Source of the DNA: an uncultured Candidatus Saccharibacteria bacterium
Lineage (GTDB): Bacteria > Patescibacteriota > Minisyncoccia > Minisyncoccales > JAGGXC01
Length of the DNA: 56,388 nt
Assembly (NCBI GenBank): GCA_964607015.1
Contig: CAZSHN010000002.1
Span: forward strand, 1-56,388
Direction: 5' to 3'
Both the position numbers and the translations under genes were made by a program. Of the stretch, positions 45,267 to 53,262 are shown piece after piece (the first letter of the stretch is position 1; every line of letters starts with the position of its first letter). Under the pieces are notes generated by a model, which saw only the letters and a program-made list of their open reading frames with translations, had not been told where the DNA came from and ran no database searches.

Positions 45267-46301
45267 TTAAAACTGATTTAAAAATCTTAAATCTCCTGAA
45301 TAAAGCAAACGAATATCATTAATTTTGTATCTCATCATAACCAATCTATCAAAACCGATCCCAAATGCGAATCCTTGCCAATTATCAGGATTTAATCCTC
45401 CTGCTTTTAAAACATTAGGATGAACCATCCCACCAGGACATAATTCTATCCAACCAGAATGACCACAAGTAGAACAACCTTTTCCACCACAGATAAGACA
45501 TCTTATGTCTACTTCAAAGCTTGGTTCAGTAAAGGGAAAAAATCCTGGTCTCAATCTTGTTTTTACCTCTCTCTTAAAAAATCTTTTCAAGAAATCTTGA
45601 ATCACTCCTTTAAAATCAGCGACAGAAATATCTTCATCTATCATCAATCCTTCAACTTGATAAAATTGAACGTCATGAGAAGCGTCCGAAGCTTCATGAC
45701 GAAAAACTTTTCCTGGAGCAATAATTCTCATAGGAGGATTATTCTTTTCCATATAACGAACCTGAACTGGAGAAGTATGAGTCCTTAATAAAAATTTCTT
45801 AGAAGACAATTTTTTATTAAGCCAAAAAGTGTCCCATAAATCTCGAGAAGGATGATTCTTAGGAATATTCAGAGCATCGAAATTATACCATTCTGTTTCA
45901 ATGTGAGGACCTTCTGTAACAGAAAATCCTATTGATCTAAAGATATCTTCTACTTCTCTCCTGATTAAAGTAAGTGGATGCAAATGCCCCGTCTCTACTT
46001 TCTTTCCAGGCAAGGTAATATCAAATCCTTTCTTTTCAGAACTACTTTCAATTTTATTTTTAAGTTCGTGAGCTTTTTTATCAATTTCTTTTCTTAAAAA
46101 AGATTTAAGGTCGTTTGCCTTCTTGCCAACCTCAGCTCTTTTCTTTTTGGGAAGCTCTTTCAAAGAACTCAAAATTTCAGTAATTTCTCCTTTTTTACCT
46201 AAATATTTTCGGAAGACAACGTCTAATTCTTCCAACTTCTTTGCTTCTTTTATCTCTCTCTTGCTTTTATTCTTAAGAGTTTGGAAATTTAATTTCCCCA
46301 T
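45267..46301 (-). CDS. pheS: Phenylalanine--tRNA ligase alpha subunit
   Basis: HPLTLI, LLRTHTSPVQVR, FRHE, FPFTEPS, and GFAFGIGFDRLVM class II motifs. Confidence 0.95.
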   Translation of the reverse strand: MGKLNFQTLKNKSKREIKEAKKLEELDVVFRKYLGKKGEITEILSSLKELPKKKRAEVGKKANDLKSFLRKEIDKKAHELKNKIESSSEKKGFDITLPGKKVETGHLHPLTLIRREVEDIFRSIGFSVTEGPHIETEWYNFDALNIPKNHPSRDLWDTFWLNKKLSSKKFLLRTHTSPVQVRYMEKNNPPMRIIAPGKVFRHEASDASHDVQFYQVEGLMIDEDISVADFKGVIQDFLKRFFKREVKTRLRPGFFPFTEPSFEVDIRCLICGGKGCSTCGHSGWIELCPGGMVHPNVLKAGGLNPDNWQGFAFGIGFDRLVMMRYKINDIRLLYSGDLRFLNQF

Positions 46302-46387
46302 AAATAAAAAAACCTAAATTACTTGTTTCTACTACTTATTTTAACCTAAAATCACCCCCAATTCAAGAAGAAAAATTAGTGGAAAAA

Positions 46388-46414
46388 TCAATAAAAAGAA
46401 GGGATTAACTCCCT
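46388..46414 (-). terminator. Terminator directly after ORF 46415..46624
   Basis: Minus strand reads AGGGA-GTTAA-TCCCT followed by TCTTTTTATTG. Confidence 0.55.
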
Positions 46415-46624
46415 TTATTTTATTATTTTAATTCCCTGCTCTTCTAATACTTTTTCTAAATCTTTCTTTGGTTTTTTCCTTATTATCTTTTCGATTAAAG
46501 GGTTCTGCTCCGAAACACTATCGTTGAAAAATGCCTCTAGAATCTCTTTCTTTTTGTCTTTGGGCAAGCTATCTAATATATTGTCAACAGGAACCGGTAT
46601 TGGATCCAATCTAATCACCTCCAA
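46415..46624 (-). CDS. Hypothetical small protein
   Basis: 69 aa in the track (TTG start). The first codons contain GGAGGTGAT, so the real start may be the TTG 5 codons in. No family recognised. Confidence 0.45.
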   Translation of the reverse strand: MEVIRLDPIPVPVDNILDSLPKDKKKEILEAFFNDSVSEQNPLIEKIIRKKPKKDLEKVLEEQGIKIIK

Positions 46625-46657
46625 TAACTATAATACAAGAATTAATATTTTTTTCAA

Positions 46658-48166
46658 TCACTCAAAGATAATAGTAGAAATCATATTATCAAAATATTCC
46701 TGACAATTGTAAAGGAAATTCTCAGGAACTGGTTGGCCCGGTCTCAAATCATTCATTTCATCTTCTGGTTCAATATAGAAATATTTTCCTTCTTTTTCAA
46801 AGTAATATCTTACAAATCCTTGTCTTGTTGGACAAGAAATTTTATCAAAATTAATTTCATTCTGAACTAATCCTTCTGAGATGCAACCGCTATCGATATA
46901 ACTATCTTTTCCTTCGTGCCCTGATTCCGTTATCTCTAAAATATGCAAAGAGCAATTTTCTTTTTTAATAATAGTTTCTATTCTTTCCGAATTATGAATT
47001 TCTTCTGTTTCAATAACCCAATCTGAAGGATGTTTTATTCTATAGCCATACTTTTCACTAACATAATCTTCCCAATCAGACATTTCTCCTTCTTCAATCT
47101 TGAAAGTAGAAAGCATCTGATAAAGAATTCTTGTTTCTTTCTCTTCGTTAAATTCTTCAGGAGGATCATCAAAAACACCAGGATTAACTGAGCCGAGAAC
47201 AAACATTAAATTAAAACATCTTCCATCTTTTTTTGTAGAGTAACTAATATAATCATGTCTTGTTCCAGCCGCTCCTTCCCTTCCTTCCTCTCTTTTAAAC
47301 TCAAGGCCATTCAAACTTATTTCTTTCTCGTCTTCGATAGGAACACTAACGGGAATGGAACATTCTACAGGAGAAGGATCTATTACTTTTATCTTCAAAT
47401 ACTTTTCTTTTAAAGTGGTATTATCATTAAAAGGCAAGCTAATTGAAATCTCATCCCCTATCGACGATAACTCATTAAGCTCTGCGTCCTTGGGATACTT
47501 TATTTCAAAATCATAATTTCTACTATTATAAACTTCCCAATTATAAGTTTCGTCTTCGTCGACAAACTTAAACGATGAAATCATTTTATTAAAAATTGGA
47601 AGATAAACATTTTCATTCTTAACAACAGCATATATTCTATAAAATCGATTATTTCTTTCCATTAAAATTCTAAAGATAGAGCTATTTTCCTCAGAAACAA
47701 ATAATTTCTTACCCAAGATGCCATCTAGAAAGATATTTTTAACCTCTGGGTCGCTAACAAAAAAATCTTTTTCTTTTTCAATAAATTCCTGGAAAGAAAC
47801 ATCTTCCTCTGTTTCCCAGGAATTAACTTCTATTCTAAGACCATTTTCTGGATTTTCAGAAAGAATACGAGCAAGATAAAGACTCTGGAGGGAAATACCG
47901 GAAAAATTTAACATATAGTCACCGGGTATATCTGGATATACTGTAATTTCAAGCGGAGCTTGAATGGAGAAACCAACTTGAGGACTTTTATAACGATCCC
48001 AATTATTCTCTTCACTCTCCTCTTCTCCGTTCGTCTCTTCTATCTGATTTTCATCTTCAGGATTTTTAAGATTTACTAAATATCCTTTCCCGACATAAAG
48101 AACTCCCGTAATGAGAGCAATAACAATAATTACTATAAAGATAATTGTTTTTTTACTAGAAAACAT
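46658..48166 (-). CDS. Hypothetical anchored extracytoplasmic protein with three internal repeats
   Basis: 502 aa with a signal-anchor. Three modules open with NWDRYKSPQVGFSIQAP, NWEVYNSRNYDFEIKYP and DWEDYVSEKYGYRIKHP. Confidence 0.55.
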   Translation of the reverse strand: MFSSKKTIIFIVIIVIALITGVLYVGKGYLVNLKNPEDENQIEETNGEEESEENNWDRYKSPQVGFSIQAPLEITVYPDIPGDYMLNFSGISLQSLYLARILSENPENGLRIEVNSWETEEDVSFQEFIEKEKDFFVSDPEVKNIFLDGILGKKLFVSEENSSIFRILMERNNRFYRIYAVVKNENVYLPIFNKMISSFKFVDEDETYNWEVYNSRNYDFEIKYPKDAELNELSSIGDEISISLPFNDNTTLKEKYLKIKVIDPSPVECSIPVSVPIEDEKEISLNGLEFKREEGREGAAGTRHDYISYSTKKDGRCFNLMFVLGSVNPGVFDDPPEEFNEEKETRILYQMLSTFKIEEGEMSDWEDYVSEKYGYRIKHPSDWVIETEEIHNSERIETIIKKENCSLHILEITESGHEGKDSYIDSGCISEGLVQNEINFDKISCPTRQGFVRYYFEKEGKYFYIEPEDEMNDLRPGQPVPENFLYNCQEYFDNMISTIIFE

Positions 48167-48210
48167 AATTGATTATATTCATTTTATCATAAAAAAGTTC
48201 TTAAATCATC

Positions 48211-49446
48211 TTAATCGTTATTCAAAGCTTTTTCAGTATAGACATTATAAGAATTCCAAAGCATATACCCTGCATAATCTTCACCAGTAACATCTTTTAA
48301 TGCTTTAATTTGAGCTTTTACCATTTCTGCATCATAATCAGTTTTCAAACTAAAATCCTGAAGCCAAGGACGTAATTTAGCTCTGTAATTTTTATCGTCC
48401 TTCAATCTTTCTAAAGCAACACTAACTGATCTTTCAACAACCTCATAAGGATATTCAGCCGGCTTCTCATATCCCAGAAAACCACTACTATAATGAGAGG
48501 GATAAATCATCGGACAAACATAATCAAAATTAATATAAGCATCTTCAATAATTTGTCCAATTCCCAAATCATTATAACTCACCGTAGAAAGACCGAATAA
48601 ATCAACCGATAAAGTTTCTTCGGGCATTTCTTTTCTAAGATAACCGAAGAAATCCCCTACCACTTCATGTCTTGTCTTCTTTCTATCCCAAAAAGGAAAA
48701 ACCATATCTTTCAAACTTCCATCTGAAGGAAAACGAACATAATCAAAATTAACTTCGTCAAAACCATGATTCAAAGCATCTTTTGCAATAGTAATATTAT
48801 AATCCCATGAATCTTGAGCAGCAGGATCTATCCAGGCAAGCCCAAGATCGTCTTTCCATAAAACATCTTTTGCTGTAGAGCTGCTTAAAGATTCTTTACT
48901 TTTAACAGCAAGATCAGGCCTTACTCTTGCTAGCACAGGATCTTGAAAAACAGTAACTCTGGCAATGACATAAACTCCTGCTCCGTGTAATCTTTCAATT
49001 AAAGAATCTATATCCTTAATCCTTTTCTGTTCTACTCCATATTTTTCTAGTTCTTCAATATCGGTATCATATGCTACATAACCAGAAAAATCTTTAACAT
49101 CAATAACAACAGCATTAATATCAGTCTCTTTAGCCAAATTTATTATGTACTCAATATGAATCTCTTTGCTAGCAGACCAACTAGTAAAATAAACCGCCTT
49201 TATCTTGTCGGGAGCAGGAAAAGAAGAACTATTAGAAATCTTTTCTTCTGGATAAGAAGGACTATCCTTCTTGTCTTTCTTTTCTTTAAAAATTTCGTCT
49301 ATAAGATTTCTATTAGAAACAGAAGAAGAAAGTTCAAGGTTGTTATTTTCCTCAAGAGAATAATCATTGCTTGCGATAAAAATCAAGCCACCTATCAAAA
49401 AGGTGGCGACTAAAAAAGAAAAGGTAGCATATTTATTAACCGCCAT
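48211..49446 (-). CDS. Putative TIM-barrel glycoside hydrolase (DUF4015 / COG1306-like), anchored
   Basis: The KAVYFTSWSAS...INAVVIDVKDFSGYV...FDEVNFDYVRFP pattern recalls the DUF4015 putative glycosyl hydrolase family. Tentative. Confidence 0.5.
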   Translation of the reverse strand: MAVNKYATFSFLVATFLIGGLIFIASNDYSLEENNNLELSSSVSNRNLIDEIFKEKKDKKDSPSYPEEKISNSSSFPAPDKIKAVYFTSWSASKEIHIEYIINLAKETDINAVVIDVKDFSGYVAYDTDIEELEKYGVEQKRIKDIDSLIERLHGAGVYVIARVTVFQDPVLARVRPDLAVKSKESLSSSTAKDVLWKDDLGLAWIDPAAQDSWDYNITIAKDALNHGFDEVNFDYVRFPSDGSLKDMVFPFWDRKKTRHEVVGDFFGYLRKEMPEETLSVDLFGLSTVSYNDLGIGQIIEDAYINFDYVCPMIYPSHYSSGFLGYEKPAEYPYEVVERSVSVALERLKDDKNYRAKLRPWLQDFSLKTDYDAEMVKAQIKALKDVTGEDYAGYMLWNSYNVYTEKALNND

Positions 49447-49464
49447 TAATCCAAAATATCTAAT

Positions 49465-50097
49465 TTATCTTTTTAATAAAATAATTTCTTTAACTAGAAC
49501 AGCGTCATCTTTTTCTACCCCAGAGACAGAGACTCTTTCTCCAATTAAACTACCATCAACAAAAAGCTCACAATTATTTTCTCCCAGATAATCACATTCT
49601 GTTTCTTTATTAAAAACAAGATTAACGCTCAAACCTGGAGCTCCAGGTTTTTCATATACCAAGTACCATCCCTCCTCAAGACCAGGAGGATCTTTTACTA
49701 AATTTCCTTCTTCTTCAAAATTAATATTAATTGGACTGACAGAAACACACTCTCCTCCTTGACATTGACAGTTATTCATCGCACAAAAGGCATCAACAGA
49801 TTCTATCTGAAGACATTCAAAATTGTCAGAAGAAACAACCTCTTTGTTTACACAGACGTTTTCATCTAACGGCTGATCATTTAAAAGAACGCTATCGCAA
49901 CAAATACAATCGGAAGCTGAGCTACAATCAGTTAATTTTTTTTCTTTTTCTGGAAATTTCAATTCTGCAAATTCAAACTTAAGGTCTTGAATTTCTTTGT
50001 ATTGTAAATAATCAATAACTCCTACTGCTGAAGCAAAAATAACAATAATGATAATTGCTAGCGGAGTGGACACTCCTCTGTTTAAATGTTTCCACAT
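49465..50097 (-). CDS. Cys-rich anchored protein, paralogue of 54490..55605
   Basis: 210 aa. N-terminus MWKHLNRGVSTPLAIIIIVIF is shared with 54490..55605. Contains a Cys-rich block (CSSASDCICCD...CQCQGGEC). Confidence 0.55.
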   Translation of the reverse strand: MWKHLNRGVSTPLAIIIIVIFASAVGVIDYLQYKEIQDLKFEFAELKFPEKEKKLTDCSSASDCICCDSVLLNDQPLDENVCVNKEVVSSDNFECLQIESVDAFCAMNNCQCQGGECVSVSPININFEEEGNLVKDPPGLEEGWYLVYEKPGAPGLSVNLVFNKETECDYLGENNCELFVDGSLIGERVSVSGVEKDDAVLVKEIILLKR

Positions 50098-50155
50098 ATT
50101 ATTTTAATTTATATATTATTAAATCATTCTACCAGAAAAAAACTTTATTAGAAAA

Positions 50156-51346
50156 TCAATCAATAATAAAATCTCTTTTCAATTCCATTATACGATTGTA
50201 AGATTCCTCGATTCTTTCTTCGGAAATTTCTCCATTCAATACTGCATGATAAATAATTTCTTGAATTTCATAAGGAAGATTCTTATCATACCCAATTTCA
50301 CTATTATTAGAAAAAAGAAGAACATCGCACCCTGAATTAATTGCCCTCATTATTGCTTCTTTTCTTTCATAATTATCAACAATGGCTCCCATCTGCATGT
50401 CGTCTGAAATAACAACTCCTTCAAATCCTATTTCTTCTCTTAATATGTCTTTAATAAAATTAGGAGAAAGAGTAACAGGATAATCTTTATCTATATTTTT
50501 ATTAAAGACGTGAGCAGTCATTACAGCCTTAAGTAGTTCTTTTTCTTGGAACTCTTTATAAGGAATAAGCTCCTCTTCCCTATAAGTCTCTGTAACATCA
50601 ACGAGTCCTAAATGACTATCCTCTAAAGAGCTTCCATGGCCAGGAAAATGTTTTGCTACTGCAATAACACTATTTTGATTATGTGCTTCTATAAAAGCTT
50701 GGCCATGCAAAGAAACTTCTTGATAGTCAGAAGAAAAAGACCTTCCAATTTTTCCAATGACAGGATTTTCAGGATTAATATTAACATCAACTACCGGAGC
50801 AAAATTCATATTGAAACCCAATCCCTTAAGCTCTTGGGAAATATCAAGAGCTACTTCTTCAGTAGCACTATAATTTCCAACTTCTCCTAATTCTTCTGGA
50901 GAAGGGAAATCAGAAAAACCATAATCCGGATCTAAACGATTAATCTCCCCTCCCTCTACATCAACTGCAATAAAAAGAGGAACAGAAGAATGGTTCTGAA
51001 GGTCTGCTATAAGATTTTTTGTTTGCTCTGGATTAATAACATTCCTTGGAAAACTTTTTGAAGGAACATCGAAATCAAAGAAAATTACTCCCCCTATTTC
51101 AACATCTTTAATAACGTCTACGATATAAGAGTCTTCTTCTATTTCTGTTCCTCGAAATCCAACCATTATCATCTGCCCTATCTTTTCTTTTAACAACTCT
51201 TCTTCGCTAGATTTGTTTCCTATTTCAAAACTACAACTACTGCAAGGAAAAATATCTTTCAATAAAAAAACAGACAAAACAGGAATAGTAATTAACAAAA
51301 TAAAGAATATTAATACTTTTTTAAAACCAGGGACAAATATTTTCAT
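50156..51346 (-). CDS. nagZ: Glycoside hydrolase family 3 beta-N-acetylhexosaminidase (NagZ-like), anchored
   Basis: GQMIMVGF, FIAVDVEGG, NFAPVVDV, KHFPGHG, and VISDDMQMGA. Start set at ATG 51346 (MKIFVPGFKK + TM) because the 61 extra track residues cross a terminator hairpin. Confidence 0.8.
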   Translation of the reverse strand: MKIFVPGFKKVLIFFILLITIPVLSVFLLKDIFPCSSCSFEIGNKSSEEELLKEKIGQMIMVGFRGTEIEEDSYIVDVIKDVEIGGVIFFDFDVPSKSFPRNVINPEQTKNLIADLQNHSSVPLFIAVDVEGGEINRLDPDYGFSDFPSPEELGEVGNYSATEEVALDISQELKGLGFNMNFAPVVDVNINPENPVIGKIGRSFSSDYQEVSLHGQAFIEAHNQNSVIAVAKHFPGHGSSLEDSHLGLVDVTETYREEELIPYKEFQEKELLKAVMTAHVFNKNIDKDYPVTLSPNFIKDILREEIGFEGVVISDDMQMGAIVDNYERKEAIMRAINSGCDVLLFSNNSEIGYDKNLPYEIQEIIYHAVLNGEISEERIEESYNRIMELKRDFIID

Positions 51347-51352
51347 ATTTTT

Positions 51353-51361
51353 ATTATAACA
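51353..51361 (-). promoter_or_regulatory. Extended -10 box TGTTATAAT, 6 nt upstream of the nagZ-like ATG (candidate leaderless start)
   Basis: Minus strand reads TTTTTTGTTATAAT-AAAAAT-ATG with no SD. Confidence 0.45.
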
Positions 51362-51372
51362 AAAAATAACCA

Positions 51373-51412
51373 TTAAAAAGAGAAAAGGATTTTCTACAAA
51401 GAAAATCCTTTT
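51373..51412 (-). terminator. Strong rho-independent terminator
   Basis: Minus strand reads AAAAGGATTTTC-TTTGTA-GAAAATCCTTTT (12-bp stem) followed by CTCTTTTTAAT. Confidence 0.8.
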
Positions 51413-51426
51413 TATATAAATTGCGG

Positions 51427-51567
51427 TTAATGCGGTAAATTGACTGTATTGACCATTTCTATGGCTAGTTCTATTAATTCTAGAATAAGTTCCTCGAATG
51501 CAGAGAAGATAGTCGGAGAAATGATCCACAATACGAATATAAGAACCGCAAAATGAAGTGGTTTCAT
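51427..51567 (-). CDS. Possible 46-aa small membrane protein (MKPLHFAVLIFVLWIISPTIFSAFEELILELIELAIEMVNTVNLPH)
   Basis: Hand-translated. Hydrophobic N-half and acidic amphipathic C-half. No SD (CCTCCATCC precedes the ATG). Lies between a consensus promoter and a strong terminator. Confidence 0.3.
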   Translation of the reverse strand: MKPLHFAVLIFVLWIISPTIFSAFEELILELIELAIEMVNTVNLPH

Positions 51568-51710
51568 GGATGGAGGAAAAAACAGGTATTACTTTTAACA
51601 GATATGACTAATATCTGTGAGGTATGTAGAAATAACACACCTCTACTCCTATTAATTCCTACAGAAACTCCATAAAACCTTTCCAAAAAACTTTACAAGG
51701 AGCTATCTAT

Positions 51711-51739
51711 ATTATAGCAAACTAAATTACCTTTGTCAA
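51711..51739 (-). promoter_or_regulatory. Consensus sigma70 promoter
   Basis: Minus strand reads TTGACA (51734-39), 17-nt spacer ending TGc, TATAAT (51711-16). Confidence 0.7.
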
Positions 51740-51744
51740 AGAAA

Positions 51745-51843
51745 TTAAAGAGATATCATATAAAGCAGCGCTATTATTATAATGATAATGACAAATATTA
51801 CATCTATAATTAAGAATACAGATGATCCTTTATTTTTCTTCAT
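51745..51843 (-). CDS. Possible 32-aa hydrophobic peptide (MKKNKGSSVFLIIDVIFVIIIIIIALLYMISL)
   Basis: Hand-translated. AAGGAAA SD about 9 nt upstream. Begins 15 nt after the stop of the 62-aa membrane protein gene. Confidence 0.35.
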   Translation of the reverse strand: MKKNKGSSVFLIIDVIFVIIIIIIALLYMISL

Positions 51844-51858
51844 TTTATAATTTCCTTC

Positions 51859-52047
51859 TTATTTAATTAAAAAATCAAGGGCGTAATAAACAAGAAAAGC
51901 CGGCCACACCAAAGCTTTAAAGAGACCAATTACTCCCATCAATAAGGTAGTAGCATTACTGATGAAATAGAAAGCAGCTCCAATAAATCCTAGACCATAA
52001 ACAGCTGCCCCGCTTTGATTAATATGTTCTTTCATTTTTCTATGCAA
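51859..52047 (-). CDS. Small membrane protein (2 TM)
   Basis: 62 aa in the track (TTG start); the ATG 4 codons in (MKEHINQSG) is an alternative. No family recognised. Confidence 0.5.
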   Translation of the reverse strand: MHRKMKEHINQSGAAVYGLGFIGAAFYFISNATTLLMGVIGLFKALVWPAFLVYYALDFLIK

Positions 52048-52059
52048 TTATTTATTGAT

Positions 52060-52335
52060 TTATTTTAAACCTACAACGTAAATATATTCTAAATCCTCTT
52101 TAGAATTATTTAAAACATTATGAATAGTATTTTTCTTAATGTAATGAGTCTCACCAGCAGTTAATTTGATTTCTTTTTCTTCTTTCTGCAATGTTGCTAC
52201 TCCACACAAAACAATTATAATCTCTTCTTTTTCATCGGTAGAATGGATGCCTATTTCTTCTCCTGAAGATAAGATCACTCTCCCACTCTTTAAAATCTTA
52301 CTTTTTGGAGGTTTTAATAAAGACTTTGTTTTCAT
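52060..52335 (-). CDS. Cupin-domain protein
   Basis: 91 aa. GxxxGxHxxxxxE-like (GEEIGIHSTDEKEE) and GETHYIKKNTIHNV cupin motifs. Confidence 0.7.
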   Translation of the reverse strand: MKTKSLLKPPKSKILKSGRVILSSGEEIGIHSTDEKEEIIIVLCGVATLQKEEKEIKLTAGETHYIKKNTIHNVLNNSKEDLEYIYVVGLK

Positions 52336-52367
52336 TTTTCAAATTATAAAAATTAAGAAGCAATAAT

Positions 52368-52403
52368 TTATTTTACCAAAAAACCACCCTTAATACGAGG
52401 TGG
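52368..52403 (-). repeat. Intergenic module copy 1: short hairpin + T-tract + TGGTAAAAT
   Basis: Minus strand reads CCACCTCGTATTAAGGGTGG-TTTTTTGGTAAAATAA. The same module occurs at 54382..54417 and 56364..56388. Confidence 0.75.
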
Positions 52404-52493
52404 GGCTTCCTTTACGAAGACTAGCTGATAGTTTTGGAACTTTTAAATGAGTAGATTTGAAGAATAATTACAAAAGCCTGATAAACATAACTT

Positions 52494-53261
52494 TTATTTC
52501 TTAGAAGCAATAATCATAATATCTCTACCAAAAAATCTTTTAATGTAAGGCAAATTAGTTATTTTATCTCTAAAAGTTAACTTATCAATTACGCTTAAAG
52601 GAAAAAGAGAATGAAAAACTTTTACATCAATTAAATTAAATCCTTTGAGATGTTTCTTTAAATTTCCTATTGAAAAATAATGAATAGGTAAAACTTTTTT
52701 GTAATTTATTATCAGTTCATTAAATTCTTTACTGGAAATTTCTTTTTCTACTACTCCACCATTTTGAATCATATTTTTCATAAAAAATTGTTGCTTATTC
52801 TTTGAATGATTCGTAGTTATCATCAAAATCCCTTTCTTTTTCAGAATAAAATTAATTTTTTTAAAAAAATCACTTAAATCATTAGTATTAACATGTTGAA
52901 TAATATGGCTACAGATAATAATATCAAACTCCTCAGGAGAAAAATTAACATTTAAAAAAGATTTATTTATAAAATTAACATTATCCAGATTATTTTTCTG
53001 AACTAGTTTTTTAGCTTCTTCTATTCTTCTTTTGTCGGGCTCTAAGGCTACAACCTCATTGAAGTAATTCGAAAATCTTTTAATTAACCTTCCTCCCCCA
53101 CATCCTAAATCTAACAGACGAGAATAATTGTTCTTTTTTATTATTTTCTCAAAATAAGAAAAAACAAAGTCTTCCGACTTTTTCCAGTAACCAGGATAAG
53201 GTTCATTGTCTTTAATAAACTTTATTATATTTTTATCTTCTATATCTGGATAGAATTTCAT
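52494..53261 (-). CDS. Class I SAM-dependent methyltransferase
   Basis: Motif I LLDLGCGGGRL, then VVALEPD and IIICSHIIQHV. The start lies 1 nt after the GH15 stop (TAA-T-ATG). Confidence 0.8.
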   Translation of the reverse strand: MKFYPDIEDKNIIKFIKDNEPYPGYWKKSEDFVFSYFEKIIKKNNYSRLLDLGCGGGRLIKRFSNYFNEVVALEPDKRRIEEAKKLVQKNNLDNVNFINKSFLNVNFSPEEFDIIICSHIIQHVNTNDLSDFFKKINFILKKKGILMITTNHSKNKQQFFMKNMIQNGGVVEKEISSKEFNELIINYKKVLPIHYFSIGNLKKHLKGFNLIDVKVFHSLFPLSVIDKLTFRDKITNLPYIKRFFGRDIMIIASKK

Positions 53262-53262
53262 A

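Noticed and set aside
51347-51529. 61-residue N-terminal extension of the nagZ-like ORF in the track (GTG start at 51529)
   Set aside because: The extension runs through a 12-bp terminator hairpin and a promoter-like TGTTATAAT box. It is in a different frame from the plausible 46-aa ORF. It precedes a natural MKIF + TM signal-anchor start at 51346.
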